A DNA stretch of 64,000 bases, taken from an uncultured Bacilli bacterium (GTDB lineage Bacteria; Bacillota_I; Bacilli_A; RF39; UBA660). Of this stretch, positions 18,344 to 26,668 are shown piece after piece. How positions within the stretch are numbered: the first letter of the stretch is position 1; each line of letters opens with the position of its first letter. The position numbers and the translations under genes are program-made. The stretch is taken from assembly GCA_934096295.1 (NCBI GenBank), contig CAKOLL010000004.1, forward strand, positions 48,258-112,257. The letters are read 5' to 3'. The notes under the pieces were generated by a model, which saw only the letters and a program-made list of their open reading frames with translations, made no database searches and was not told the origin of the DNA.

Positions 18344-20263
18344 TATAATGGCATCGCTTTTATTGTTATCAGTTTTATTTTCTTCGTTATTTTTTGTTGA
18401 GGATTCTGAGGTTGAACTTTTGCTATTTACAACATAAACTGTTAAATCTGATACCGTTGACAACAATACATCTTTATGAATGCTTTGATCTCCGATTAAA
18501 CCAACTGATACTTGATCATTATAATGATCATTTCCACTATCAACATATTTAATTTCTAAATTAATGTTATTACTATTACAGAAACTTTGGGCTTCACTTA
18601 TAGTTTTTCCTATAAAACTTGGAAGCAAAGCACCAGATTGTCCAGTTCTTTTTCCCTTACCTGGACGATATATTTCATAAGTTTCATTAACGGAAAAGCT
18701 AAATGTTTTTATAGGTTCTTCTTTTTCATTACCTAAAACAATATTAAATGCTTTTTTAATATCTTCAAGACTACTTTCAAAGTACCCTTGAGCTGACGTA
18801 TTTCTTCCTTGAGATGGAACATATACATTTAAGCTATATGTTTCTAATGTTGCTTTTTGGATATTTAATGAATCTTTACCAGATAATTTATTACCTAATA
18901 CATTTTTAGCAACATTATATCCCGAAAGAATTGTATCTGTATCCATATTAGTGGCAATATTTTTACTAACAGCATTTAAAATATCTTGAAATTCTTTAAT
19001 ACTATTAAAATGTAATACTTTATTAGCTAGAGCTTCCACGACTTGTTGTTGATGTCTTACTCTATCTAGATCACTACCAATGTACATATGTCTACATCTT
19101 GCATATGCTAGAGCTTGTTCACCATCTAACACTTGTAATCCGGGATTCATACATACTAATTTGTCTCCCCATTGTCTATCACTATTTTGTTCACATACTT
19201 TTCCACCATAAGCATTTGCCATATATGTCGGAGCTTCAACATCAACTTCAACACCACCGACTGCTTCAACTAAATCTACGACACCTTTAAAATTTATTTT
19301 GACATAATAGTCAATATTTATATCTAAAAATTGATTAATAGTGCTTATTACACAACCTGTTCCATATGCTGCCGATGAATTAATTTTGGCATATCTATTG
19401 TTATTACAAGCAATTGGCACATACGTATCCCTTGGAATTGATAAAAGAACTGAACTTAAAGTTTTAGGATTAAATGACATAAGCATTAAGGTATCGCCAT
19501 TAAATGCAGCATTAGCATTTAGACCATTCCCTTCAGAATCTACACCTAGAAATAAGAATGTTAATGGTTCATTAAAATCTTTATCACTAACCAAATTTAA
19601 ATCTTCATTTTTCTTTTTTTCACTGTATTCATAAATTATTTTTATATCATTATTTATATTTTCAAAACCTTCTTCATTTCTAAATAACGTATCAAAATTC
19701 CCTGGTACAAATGCGGCGTCTATTTCCTTATTATATAAATCTAATAATAATTTAATATAGTCTTCATATTCTGTAATATCATTTTTCAATTTCTTATTTT
19801 TGTATAATTTAGTTGATAATTCATTATTATCTTTATCCCTCTTGCTACTTATTAAACCTATTTTACTGTCACTATTAAATTCTGTATCTTTTAATGTAAT
19901 TAAGTATGTATTGTATGTTATCTTATCACTTTCTTGCATTCCATTTAAATTATTATAAACGTAATTTATGTAATATGACCCTACGAAGAAAAGAAGTATA
20001 AATAATAAAGAAAAAATTGTACTTATTATTAATCCTTTATACTTTCTACGTAGTAAATTTAATAAATTTATAAATGAATATAAGATGAAATATATAATAA
20101 AGAATATTATTGCTATCCACCTTATTAATGTTTCTATTCCTGTTAAACTTAATAAACTTTTAGTAAATAATACTAGTCCAACAACATAGGAAATCATTAC
20201 TAGGTAATATATAAATCTTAAAACTTTATTTGATTTTTTCAACTTTCTAACCATTTTATTCAT
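18326..20263 (-). CDS. LytR-CpsA-Psr (LCP) glycopolymer ligase with a C-terminal PASTA-like domain
   Basis: LTFLFLGVDS...DTLMLMSFNPKT..LLSIPRDTYV is the LCP core. The C-terminal LPSFIGKTISEAQSFCNSNNINLEIKYV is PASTA-like. Confidence 0.85.
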   Translation of the reverse strand: MNKMVRKLKKSNKVLRFIYYLVMISYVVGLVLFTKSLLSLTGIETLIRWIAIIFFIIYFILYSFINLLNLLRRKYKGLIISTIFSLLFILLFFVGSYYINYVYNNLNGMQESDKITYNTYLITLKDTEFNSDSKIGLISSKRDKDNNELSTKLYKNKKLKNDITEYEDYIKLLLDLYNKEIDAAFVPGNFDTLFRNEEGFENINNDIKIIYEYSEKKKNEDLNLVSDKDFNEPLTFLFLGVDSEGNGLNANAAFNGDTLMLMSFNPKTLSSVLLSIPRDTYVPIACNNNRYAKINSSAAYGTGCVISTINQFLDINIDYYVKINFKGVVDLVEAVGGVEVDVEAPTYMANAYGGKVCEQNSDRQWGDKLVCMNPGLQVLDGEQALAYARCRHMYIGSDLDRVRHQQQVVEALANKVLHFNSIKEFQDILNAVSKNIATNMDTDTILSGYNVAKNVLGNKLSGKDSLNIQKATLETYSLNVYVPSQGRNTSAQGYFESSLEDIKKAFNIVLGNEKEEPIKTFSFSVNETYEIYRPGKGKRTGQSGALLPSFIGKTISEAQSFCNSNNINLEIKYVDSGNDHYNDQVSVGLIGDQSIHKDVLLSTVSDLTVYVVNSKSSTSESSTKNNEENKTDNNKSDAIIKGFIE

Positions 20264-20885
20264 TTACTGCACCCGCTTTATATTCAACTACATATAATTT
20301 TCTATCTTTTTTTACCATAGTTATTGTGGCACTTTTGTCATATCCTAAATCATTTTCATAAGTCCAATTTAAAGTTACAACATAACTTGGTACTTCTTCT
20401 TCATTTATTTTAAATGTGCTTTCTTCTTCTTTTGTTATTTCTACGCTTTTTACTATAGATAATTTTTCTGTTCTTTTATCATAAGTATTATCTTCCATAA
20501 GCTTATAAATGGTGTCTTCCACATTAGTTTTAAAATTTTCCAAATTATCTGGATATACATATTCTAGGCATCCAACATCATATTTGTTTATTTTGTTGTC
20601 CATTGTAAATAAGTCTATAACAAATAATTTTGCTAAAATTTTTGAATATTCATTATAATCTATTTCTTTTTCTTTTAATATATTTTTTAACTCTTGGTAA
20701 GTGTCTTTCATAAGTTTGGTATCTCTTTCATCTAAAGTATATGAAAAATCTACGATAGAATCTATAACTTTTACATTATTTTTAACTTCACTTTTAGAAA
20801 AAAACACTTTATACACTATTAATCCAATTACTATAATAATTACTGTAAACAATAATATTAAAGGATATTTAAATTCTTTCTTCAT
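20256..20885 (-). CDS. membrane-anchored hypothetical protein
   Basis: It has an N-terminal TM span. Its end overlaps the LCP start by 8 nt, and it starts 1 nt after the ltaS stop, so it is probably co-translated in an operon. Confidence 0.5.
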   Translation of the reverse strand: MKKEFKYPLILLFTVIIIVIGLIVYKVFFSKSEVKNNVKVIDSIVDFSYTLDERDTKLMKDTYQELKNILKEKEIDYNEYSKILAKLFVIDLFTMDNKINKYDVGCLEYVYPDNLENFKTNVEDTIYKLMEDNTYDKRTEKLSIVKSVEITKEEESTFKINEEEVPSYVVTLNWTYENDLGYDKSATITMVKKDRKLYVVEYKAGAVNE

Positions 20886-20886
20886 A

Positions 20887-22902
20887 CTACTCTCCGTTCA
20901 TTTTTATATTTTCTAATAAGTTGTACACTATAATGTCATTAGATATTTCAAGCCTTTTTTCGCCGATTGTGCTTAGATTTTTGATGTAATCTTCAGTAAA
21001 ATTATCTTCTTTTAATACTTTGTACTCACCAGTGGAATTATTATAATATACTTTACTCGTTAAAATATTTCCATTTGGATAAACTACAAGATTATCATCT
21101 TTAACTGTAAATATATCTTCACCAATATTGTATTTGTTATATATGCCATACATATTAAGTATTGTGGCTGCAACATTATACATACCCATAGTATAAGTAA
21201 CTTTTCCTGTAAATATACTTTGTAAGTCTTGATCTTTTGTCCAAATTATTAATGGTGTTTTCTTATTTAATTCATGATCATAATAATCGTATTCAATATA
21301 ATTTGGATTTGTTTCATCATATACTTCTCCAGTTTCTGGATTTAAGTTATACAAATAATTTATTTCATTGCGTGATAATTTTGCGTCATGATCTCCATAG
21401 AATACAAAAACTGTGTTGTTGAAATATTCAGATGATTTAATGTAATTAATGAATTCTCCGAGTGCTTTATCGGCATAATTAGCACTTTTTATGTATTCAC
21501 CCACGGCAGTTGGAGATAAATAATTTCTTGTTTCTTCAGTTGTATTTCCAGATGCATCTGTTACTTGATAATGACTGGTTAAATCTATATCACTATGCTT
21601 ACTTGCTAATTTAAATGGCGAATGGTTTGATAAAGTAATTATTGTTCCCATGTAGTTTTGGTTTACTTTTTCAACATTTTCTAATATTGGCATCGCTTGT
21701 TTGAAGAATAGTTCATCATTAATTCCTAGATTAATTACATCATCATCAGTAAAATCAAAGGATTCACTAAAATACATTTTTTCATAACCTAAAGATGGAT
21801 GGGCTTTATTTCTGTTCCACATACTAGATAAGTTTCCATGCATACTAAAAGTAAAATAGTTTTCTTCTTTTAAAAATTTTGGAATAGTAAAATAGTTACG
21901 ATCATAATAACTTACAAATACTGTGCCACTTGATGCTGGCATTAATCCTGTTAGTAGAGTAAATTCTGTATCACTACTTGTTCCCGTTGATACTTGGGGA
22001 TAAAAGTTTGTAAAATGCATTCCTTCTTTAGCTAACTTATTTAAGTTTGGGGTTACTTCTCTACCATTAAAAGAAAGGTCCATTAAAAAGCTTTGCATGC
22101 TTTCCATGTGAACAAATATAATATTTTTGCCTTTTAATATTCCTGTATATTCATTTTTAGCAGTAGTTTTTTTTGCATCAAAATATTCGTTAAAACTCTC
22201 TAGGGCTTTTTCTTGACCAAATAAGCTGCTTAGTTGAGGTTTTAAAAATTGAACAAAGTCGTTAAATTGATACATTATTATACCAAAACGTTCCACGATG
22301 TAATTTCTGTTCCATTGTTTTGTAAGTCTACTATAATCAGAGTTTTTAGCAACGCCAAAAGTGTAACCCAAAAAGATTACACCAATTAAAACCGTTGATA
22401 AAACCATTTTTTTACTTTTTTCAATTTTATCAATAAATGTATAATATGAAGATGATAATAATTTTTTATGAATTAAATAAAATATTATAGGGATTAAAAT
22501 ATAAATTCCATCGGCAATTTTTAATTTGTCAAAAATTGAACCTGTTACAGTTTCCGTTTGGCTAACTGTTGCAAGTTCTCCAACTGATGCAAATGATGTA
22601 AAAAATCTATAATAAATTGATGATATTAAACACATTAAATTAAATATGATTAACCATGTGAAATAGTATTTAAATTGATTTTTAGGTTTCACAAAATAAC
22701 CTAAACCACCGATTACAAGAATAAATCCTAAATCTGTTAGAAATGGTTTAAGTTTTAAGGCAGAACCAATTGTAAATGCTCGGACACATATTGTAGCAAT
22801 TAGTGATAATACTACATATGATATGAATAAACGATTGGTAATTATATATTCAACGATTGATTTAACAGTTTTTTTATAGCCATAATTATCTTTTTGTTTC
22901 AT
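20887..22902 (-). CDS. ltaS: lipoteichoic acid synthase family protein
   Basis: Five N-terminal TM spans plus an extracellular sulfatase-like domain, with FYPQVSTGTSSDTEFTLLTGL and FVFYGDHD motifs. Confidence 0.85.
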   Translation of the reverse strand: MKQKDNYGYKKTVKSIVEYIITNRLFISYVVLSLIATICVRAFTIGSALKLKPFLTDLGFILVIGGLGYFVKPKNQFKYYFTWLIIFNLMCLISSIYYRFFTSFASVGELATVSQTETVTGSIFDKLKIADGIYILIPIIFYLIHKKLLSSSYYTFIDKIEKSKKMVLSTVLIGVIFLGYTFGVAKNSDYSRLTKQWNRNYIVERFGIIMYQFNDFVQFLKPQLSSLFGQEKALESFNEYFDAKKTTAKNEYTGILKGKNIIFVHMESMQSFLMDLSFNGREVTPNLNKLAKEGMHFTNFYPQVSTGTSSDTEFTLLTGLMPASSGTVFVSYYDRNYFTIPKFLKEENYFTFSMHGNLSSMWNRNKAHPSLGYEKMYFSESFDFTDDDVINLGINDELFFKQAMPILENVEKVNQNYMGTIITLSNHSPFKLASKHSDIDLTSHYQVTDASGNTTEETRNYLSPTAVGEYIKSANYADKALGEFINYIKSSEYFNNTVFVFYGDHDAKLSRNEINYLYNLNPETGEVYDETNPNYIEYDYYDHELNKKTPLIIWTKDQDLQSIFTGKVTYTMGMYNVAATILNMYGIYNKYNIGEDIFTVKDDNLVVYPNGNILTSKVYYNNSTGEYKVLKEDNFTEDYIKNLSTIGEKRLEISNDIIVYNLLENIKMNGE

Positions 22903-22960
22903 ATTTATCCCTTCTTACTTAGATAAGTATAACAAAATTTAGTTTTTTTATCAATTAGTG

Positions 22961-22989
22961 TTGCAAAAATTTCACATATTTGATACAAT
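22961..22989 (+). promoter_or_regulatory. promoter of tRNA-Gly
   Basis: TTGCAA (22961-22966), 17-nt spacer, TACAAT (22984-22989) with an upstream TG. Confidence 0.6.
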
Positions 22990-22997
22990 TTATTTAC

Positions 22998-23072
22998 GCA
23001 GGTGTAGTACAGAGGTTAGTATGCGACCTTGCCAAGGTTGAGACGGCAGTTCGATTCTGCTCACTTGCTCCA
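22998..23072 (+). tRNA. tRNA-Gly (anticodon GCC), CCA encoded
   Basis: Hand-folded cloverleaf: acceptor GCAGGTG/CACTTGC, anticodon stem CGACC/GGTTG, loop TTGCCAA, T-arm GGCAG-TTCGATT-CTGCT, 3' TCCA. Confidence 0.9.
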
Positions 23073-23086
23073 AATTGAATCTCAAG

Positions 23087-23110
23087 TCCCTTACTGAAGG
23101 GATTTTTTTT
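23087..23110 (+). terminator. intrinsic terminator after the tRNA
   Basis: TCCCTT-ACTG-AAGGGA followed by T8. Confidence 0.75.
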
Positions 23111-23241
23111 AATGTAATTTTTGTTCTAGGTCTTATTTAGTTCTTAAAATTTATAATAAAATAAAATGGCTAACAAAAAAGTTAACCCAATTATATTATA
23201 AATTTTTTTAAGCAGGTGAAAAGGCATAAATTTTTGATTAC

Positions 23242-23271
23242 AAAAAAATCAGTTGTATTTCAAACTGATTT
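23242..23271 (-). terminator. intrinsic terminator (minus strand)
   Basis: AAATCAGTT pairs with AACTGATTT (9-bp stem), with a T run on the minus strand. Confidence 0.5.
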
Positions 23272-23293
23272 AATCATTAAATTGTAATTATTA

Positions 23294-23500
23294 CTATCCT
23301 AATTTTGCAAACTTCACTATCAAACTACTTGGAAGTATTTTACATAAAACTCTATAAAATTTATAAAATGTCCCTGTCGTATATGAACCTTTTCCTTTTT
23401 TAGCTGCTTTCAATGATTTATATACTGCCTGTTCAATATTAATTTCCGGTAATTTACTAACGGATTTTGTGCTAACTGAATTCATCTTTGTTTTCATCAT
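23294..23500 (-). pseudogene. probable C-terminal remnant of a short-chain dehydrogenase/reductase
   Basis: The 68-aa ORF KLPEINIEQAVYKSLKAAKKGKGSY...ILPSSLIVKFAK resembles the C-terminal tail of SDR enzymes. No Rossmann part lies upstream, because the flavodoxin gene ends 24 nt away. Confidence 0.3.
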
Positions 23501-23523
23501 TCCAAAATTTACAGCACAAACAT

Positions 23524-24288
23524 TTATATTTTTACATTTGGATTCGTATATTGCCCGTGTTTAATTGTATTATTTCCATATTCTATTGCAAATTTAGGAC
23601 ATCTATGCAAACACCTTAAACATAAATTGCACTTTTCTTTTATCCAAATAGGTTTTCCATTTTTTATTTCAATAGCATTAGCCGGACAACTTCTTGCACA
23701 TAATCCACATTCTATACATTTATTAGATACTTTAAATTTTGATGTATTTCCTCCATTGTTGTAATTTACTTTACGATATATATTTGCCATAAATATTGGT
23801 AAACTATTATTATTAAATTTCATATTTTCTTTTTTTTCTATGTGTTGAAATACTTTGCTTATTTGTTCATTAGCGGTTGCTTCTATTTTAGCATTTTTCC
23901 CTTTATCACATACATCAAATATTGGTGTCCAGGTGTCTACCATTTTTATACCATATTTGCCATTTAAAATTATTCCCTTATTATTTAATAATTTCTCCAT
24001 ATATTTACTACTAGCACCCGATGTTGTTCCATAAGTTGCAATATGAAAAACATATATATTGTTACTATTTTCAAAATGTACTCTCTCAAAAAATTCCTCT
24101 ACAATTTTAGGTAATCCCCAATAATAAGTTGGAGTAATTATGCCTAAGTATTGTTCTTCTTTCAAATCAAAATCGTAATGACTATCTTTTATGCAATTTT
24201 CTATATTTATAATTTTTTCATTTAGACTATTTGCAATTTTTTCAGCAATATACTTGCTATTTCCTGTTGCAGAAAAATATAATATCAT
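23524..24288 (-). CDS. flavodoxin-like domain fused to a 2x[4Fe-4S] ferredoxin domain
   Basis: N-terminus MILYFSATGNSKYIAEKIA (flavodoxin-type). C-terminus CIECGLCARSCP...CNLCLRCLHRCP (two CxxCxxCxxxCP clusters). Confidence 0.75.
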   Translation of the reverse strand: MILYFSATGNSKYIAEKIANSLNEKIINIENCIKDSHYDFDLKEEQYLGIITPTYYWGLPKIVEEFFERVHFENSNNIYVFHIATYGTTSGASSKYMEKLLNNKGIILNGKYGIKMVDTWTPIFDVCDKGKNAKIEATANEQISKVFQHIEKKENMKFNNNSLPIFMANIYRKVNYNNGGNTSKFKVSNKCIECGLCARSCPANAIEIKNGKPIWIKEKCNLCLRCLHRCPKFAIEYGNNTIKHGQYTNPNVKI

Positions 24289-24453
24289 TTTTATTACTCC
24301 TTATAAATTATTATTTATCAATTTCTTCATATAATTGTACCAAGTTTCCAGCGAAAAGTCATTATTACTGTAAATGTCAATATTTTTTGTAGTTTTATAA
24401 CAAAAATTTGTAATAAAATAACTCACAAACTATTAAGCTTGTAAGTTATTATT

Positions 24454-25692
24454 TCATTTAAAAATTACTTTCAAAAATATTTTTTTGCCTTTTTGTAAAA
24501 ATAATGAATTATCTTGTAAATCTTTAGTTGTTATTATTTGTTCTACAGATTTAACTTTATTTTTATTTAAAGAAATACCATTTTGTTCTATTAGTCTTTT
24601 AGCTTCAGATTTTGATGAAGCTAATTTTGTTTCCACTAACAAATCAACGATATTTATATCTAATATTTCTTTAGAAATAGCTATTGATGGCATATTATCT
24701 GAAATACATTGATTTTTAAATAGTTCTTCAGCTGTTTTTTGGGCTTTTATTGCTTCTTCTTCACCATGAACTAACTTTGTAACTTCAAACGCTAATATTT
24801 TCTTAGCTTCTCGAATATCTTCTTTACAGATTTTTTTTATGTCTGAAATTTCCATTCTTGTGAAAAATGATAAGCTTCTTTCCACATCTTCATCAAATGA
24901 ATTCATCCATGCTTGGAAAAATTCAAATGGTGTTGTTTTGTCTCTGGATACCCATAAAGTTCCAGTTGCAGTTTTCCCCATTTTTTCACCATCGGCTTTA
25001 ATAAGTAATGGACAAGTCCAACCAAATAATGGATCAATTTTCTTTCCTTCACTAAATCCTATTTTACGAGAAAGGTCAGCGCCCGCTAAAATGTTACCCC
25101 ATTGATCTGAACCACCTATTTGAAGTCTACATCCAAACTCTTTATTTAAATGAACAAAGTCAAATGCTTGCATTAGCATGTATCCCATTTCTAAAAATGT
25201 TAATCCACCATTTTCCAATCTTTTTTTGTAACAATCTGCGGCAAGCATATTATTAATATTGAAATGAACTCCGATATCTCTCATAAAATCTACATAGGTT
25301 TTATCACAAATCCAATCGGCATTATCCACTATAATTGCCGGATTATCTCCGTCTGTTTTAACAAACCTTTTAACTAATTCTTTAACCTCTTTTTTATTAT
25401 GAGCAACCTCTTCTTTGGTAAGCATCTTTCTCATATCACTTTTTCCTGTTGGATCTCCGATTAAAGCAGTTGCTCCCCCTATTAATATGATTCCGTGATG
25501 GCCAAAATCTTGTAACCATCTAAACATTGTTAAGGCAAAGAAGTGTCCAATGTGCAAACTATCGGCTGTTGGGTCTATTCCTAAGTAAAAAGTCGTAGGC
25601 TCCCCGTTAACTAAATTAATTATCTCATTTTCATGAGTTAAATCTTTTACATATCCTCTTTCTTTAAGGATATCAAATAACTTTTTTTCCAT
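24454..25692 (-). CDS. tyrS: tyrosyl-tRNA synthetase
   Basis: GIDPTADSLHIGHF (HIGH motif), KMGKT (KMSKS motif), C-terminal S4-like domain, and a T-box leader upstream. Confidence 0.95.
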   Translation of the reverse strand: MEKKLFDILKERGYVKDLTHENEIINLVNGEPTTFYLGIDPTADSLHIGHFFALTMFRWLQDFGHHGIILIGGATALIGDPTGKSDMRKMLTKEEVAHNKKEVKELVKRFVKTDGDNPAIIVDNADWICDKTYVDFMRDIGVHFNINNMLAADCYKKRLENGGLTFLEMGYMLMQAFDFVHLNKEFGCRLQIGGSDQWGNILAGADLSRKIGFSEGKKIDPLFGWTCPLLIKADGEKMGKTATGTLWVSRDKTTPFEFFQAWMNSFDEDVERSLSFFTRMEISDIKKICKEDIREAKKILAFEVTKLVHGEEEAIKAQKTAEELFKNQCISDNMPSIAISKEILDINIVDLLVETKLASSKSEAKRLIEQNGISLNKNKVKSVEQIITTKDLQDNSLFLQKGKKIFLKVIFK

Positions 25693-25772
25693 TTTTTTAT
25701 TCCTCCTTGGTTATTTGTATAGTTAATTAAATTACAATCATCAAAGTAATAATAGTAATAGTCACTATCCAT
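25647..25772 (-). CDS. candidate 41-codon leader ORF with five consecutive Tyr codons
   Basis: AGGAGGTG, 7 nt, then ATG (25772): MDSDYYYYYFDDCNLINYTNNQGGIKKWKKSYLISLKKEDM. It lies between the T-box terminator and tyrS and reads across the tyrS SD and ATG in another frame. Confidence 0.3.
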   Translation of the reverse strand: MDSDYYYYYFDDCNLINYTNNQGGIKKWKKSYLISLKKEDM

Positions 25773-25792
25773 ACAAATCACCTCCTTCGAAT

Positions 25793-26003
25793 AAAAAAAG
25801 AGCAAACATCCAAAAGGACGAATTGCTCGTGGTACCACCTTTATTTGTAATAATAGTTATTACCTCTTGTTGATAACGGATACTATCCGATTTAAAATCA
25901 TCATTTGTAATTCATTATTTTACTTTTACTTTTTTTCACCAATCACAAGCTCTCTAAAAAAAATTTAAAATAATTACTTCGAATGAATCGCTTTTTAATT
26001 AAC
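25793..26003 (-). promoter_or_regulatory. T-box riboswitch leader (probable Tyr specifier UAC)
   Basis: Read on the minus strand. Stem I starts AAGCGATTCATTCGAAGTAATTATTTTA, with AGAGAG...GGTGAAA. The specifier region is TAAAATAATGAATTACAAATGATGA. The T-box core is AAAGGTGGTACCACGAG (25826-25842). The terminator is GAGCAA...TTGCTC plus T7 (25793-25829). Confidence 0.8.
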
Positions 26004-26010
26004 TAATTAG

Positions 26011-26039
26011 ATTATAATATAATTTATGTAAAAATGCAA
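26011..26039 (-). promoter_or_regulatory. tyrS promoter
   Basis: Minus-strand TTGCAT (26039-26034), 17-nt spacer, TATAAT (26016-26011). Confidence 0.55.
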
Positions 26040-26229
26040 ATGATGATTTAGAAAAATTAATGTAGATGAGCAAAATAATTCTAAAATTGTGAAGGGTCCC
26101 TTAGAAATGAATATTTTTATATTTGTATTGAATTTAGTAAGAGATAAAAGTAACATATATTTAAATATACAAATAAAAACAATCAAAATTAACTGATTTT
26201 ATTTACTTTTATTAGCGTTTGCTAATTTT

Positions 26230-26604
26230 CTAATTTGTTAAGTATACATAAGACTGAGGATAATAATTAATTCCAATATCTTCTAACATTTTCGGTTGCT
26301 TATAAATTATAATTTTTCCTAACTCATAGGCAAAAGCAACCTTTTTATTCTTAAAATATTTCATATATTTAGCTTTTGAAATTCCGGAATATTGTTTTGT
26401 TTCTTTCCACAGTTTATTTGGAGTATTTGAAAGCACAGATTTTACTTCAACTTCAGCTACAACCCTTTTTACTGGGGAAGTACTATAAATAACAATTTTA
26501 TCTATTTTTCTTTTACAAATATTTTTTCTGTATTCGTATAACTTTTTTTGTTCAATAATTTTATTTGCATATTCTGGCTTAATAGGTAATAATATTGTAC
26601 ACAT
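26230..26604 (-). CDS. ASCH-domain protein (COG4933-like)
   Basis: LLPIKPEYANKIIEQKKLYEYRKN...IVIYSTSPVKRVVAEVEV...LW fits the ASCH/PUA-like pattern. I prefer the start at 26604 (GGGAGG at 26612-26617). Confidence 0.75.
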   Translation of the reverse strand: MCTILLPIKPEYANKIIEQKKLYEYRKNICKRKIDKIVIYSTSPVKRVVAEVEVKSVLSNTPNKLWKETKQYSGISKAKYMKYFKNKKVAFAYELGKIIIYKQPKMLEDIGINYYPQSYVYLTN

Positions 26605-26668
26605 TCTTTGACCTCCCAACTTACTATACCCTATTATAACATGAAATTATTAATTTCTATTATTTCTT

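Noticed and set aside
25647-25838. 63-aa track ORF overlapping the tyrS leader.
   Set aside because: Its first third lies over the T-box core and terminator and starts at a non-ATG codon with no SD. Only the internal SD-ATG portion (25647-25772) is kept, as a low-confidence leader ORF.
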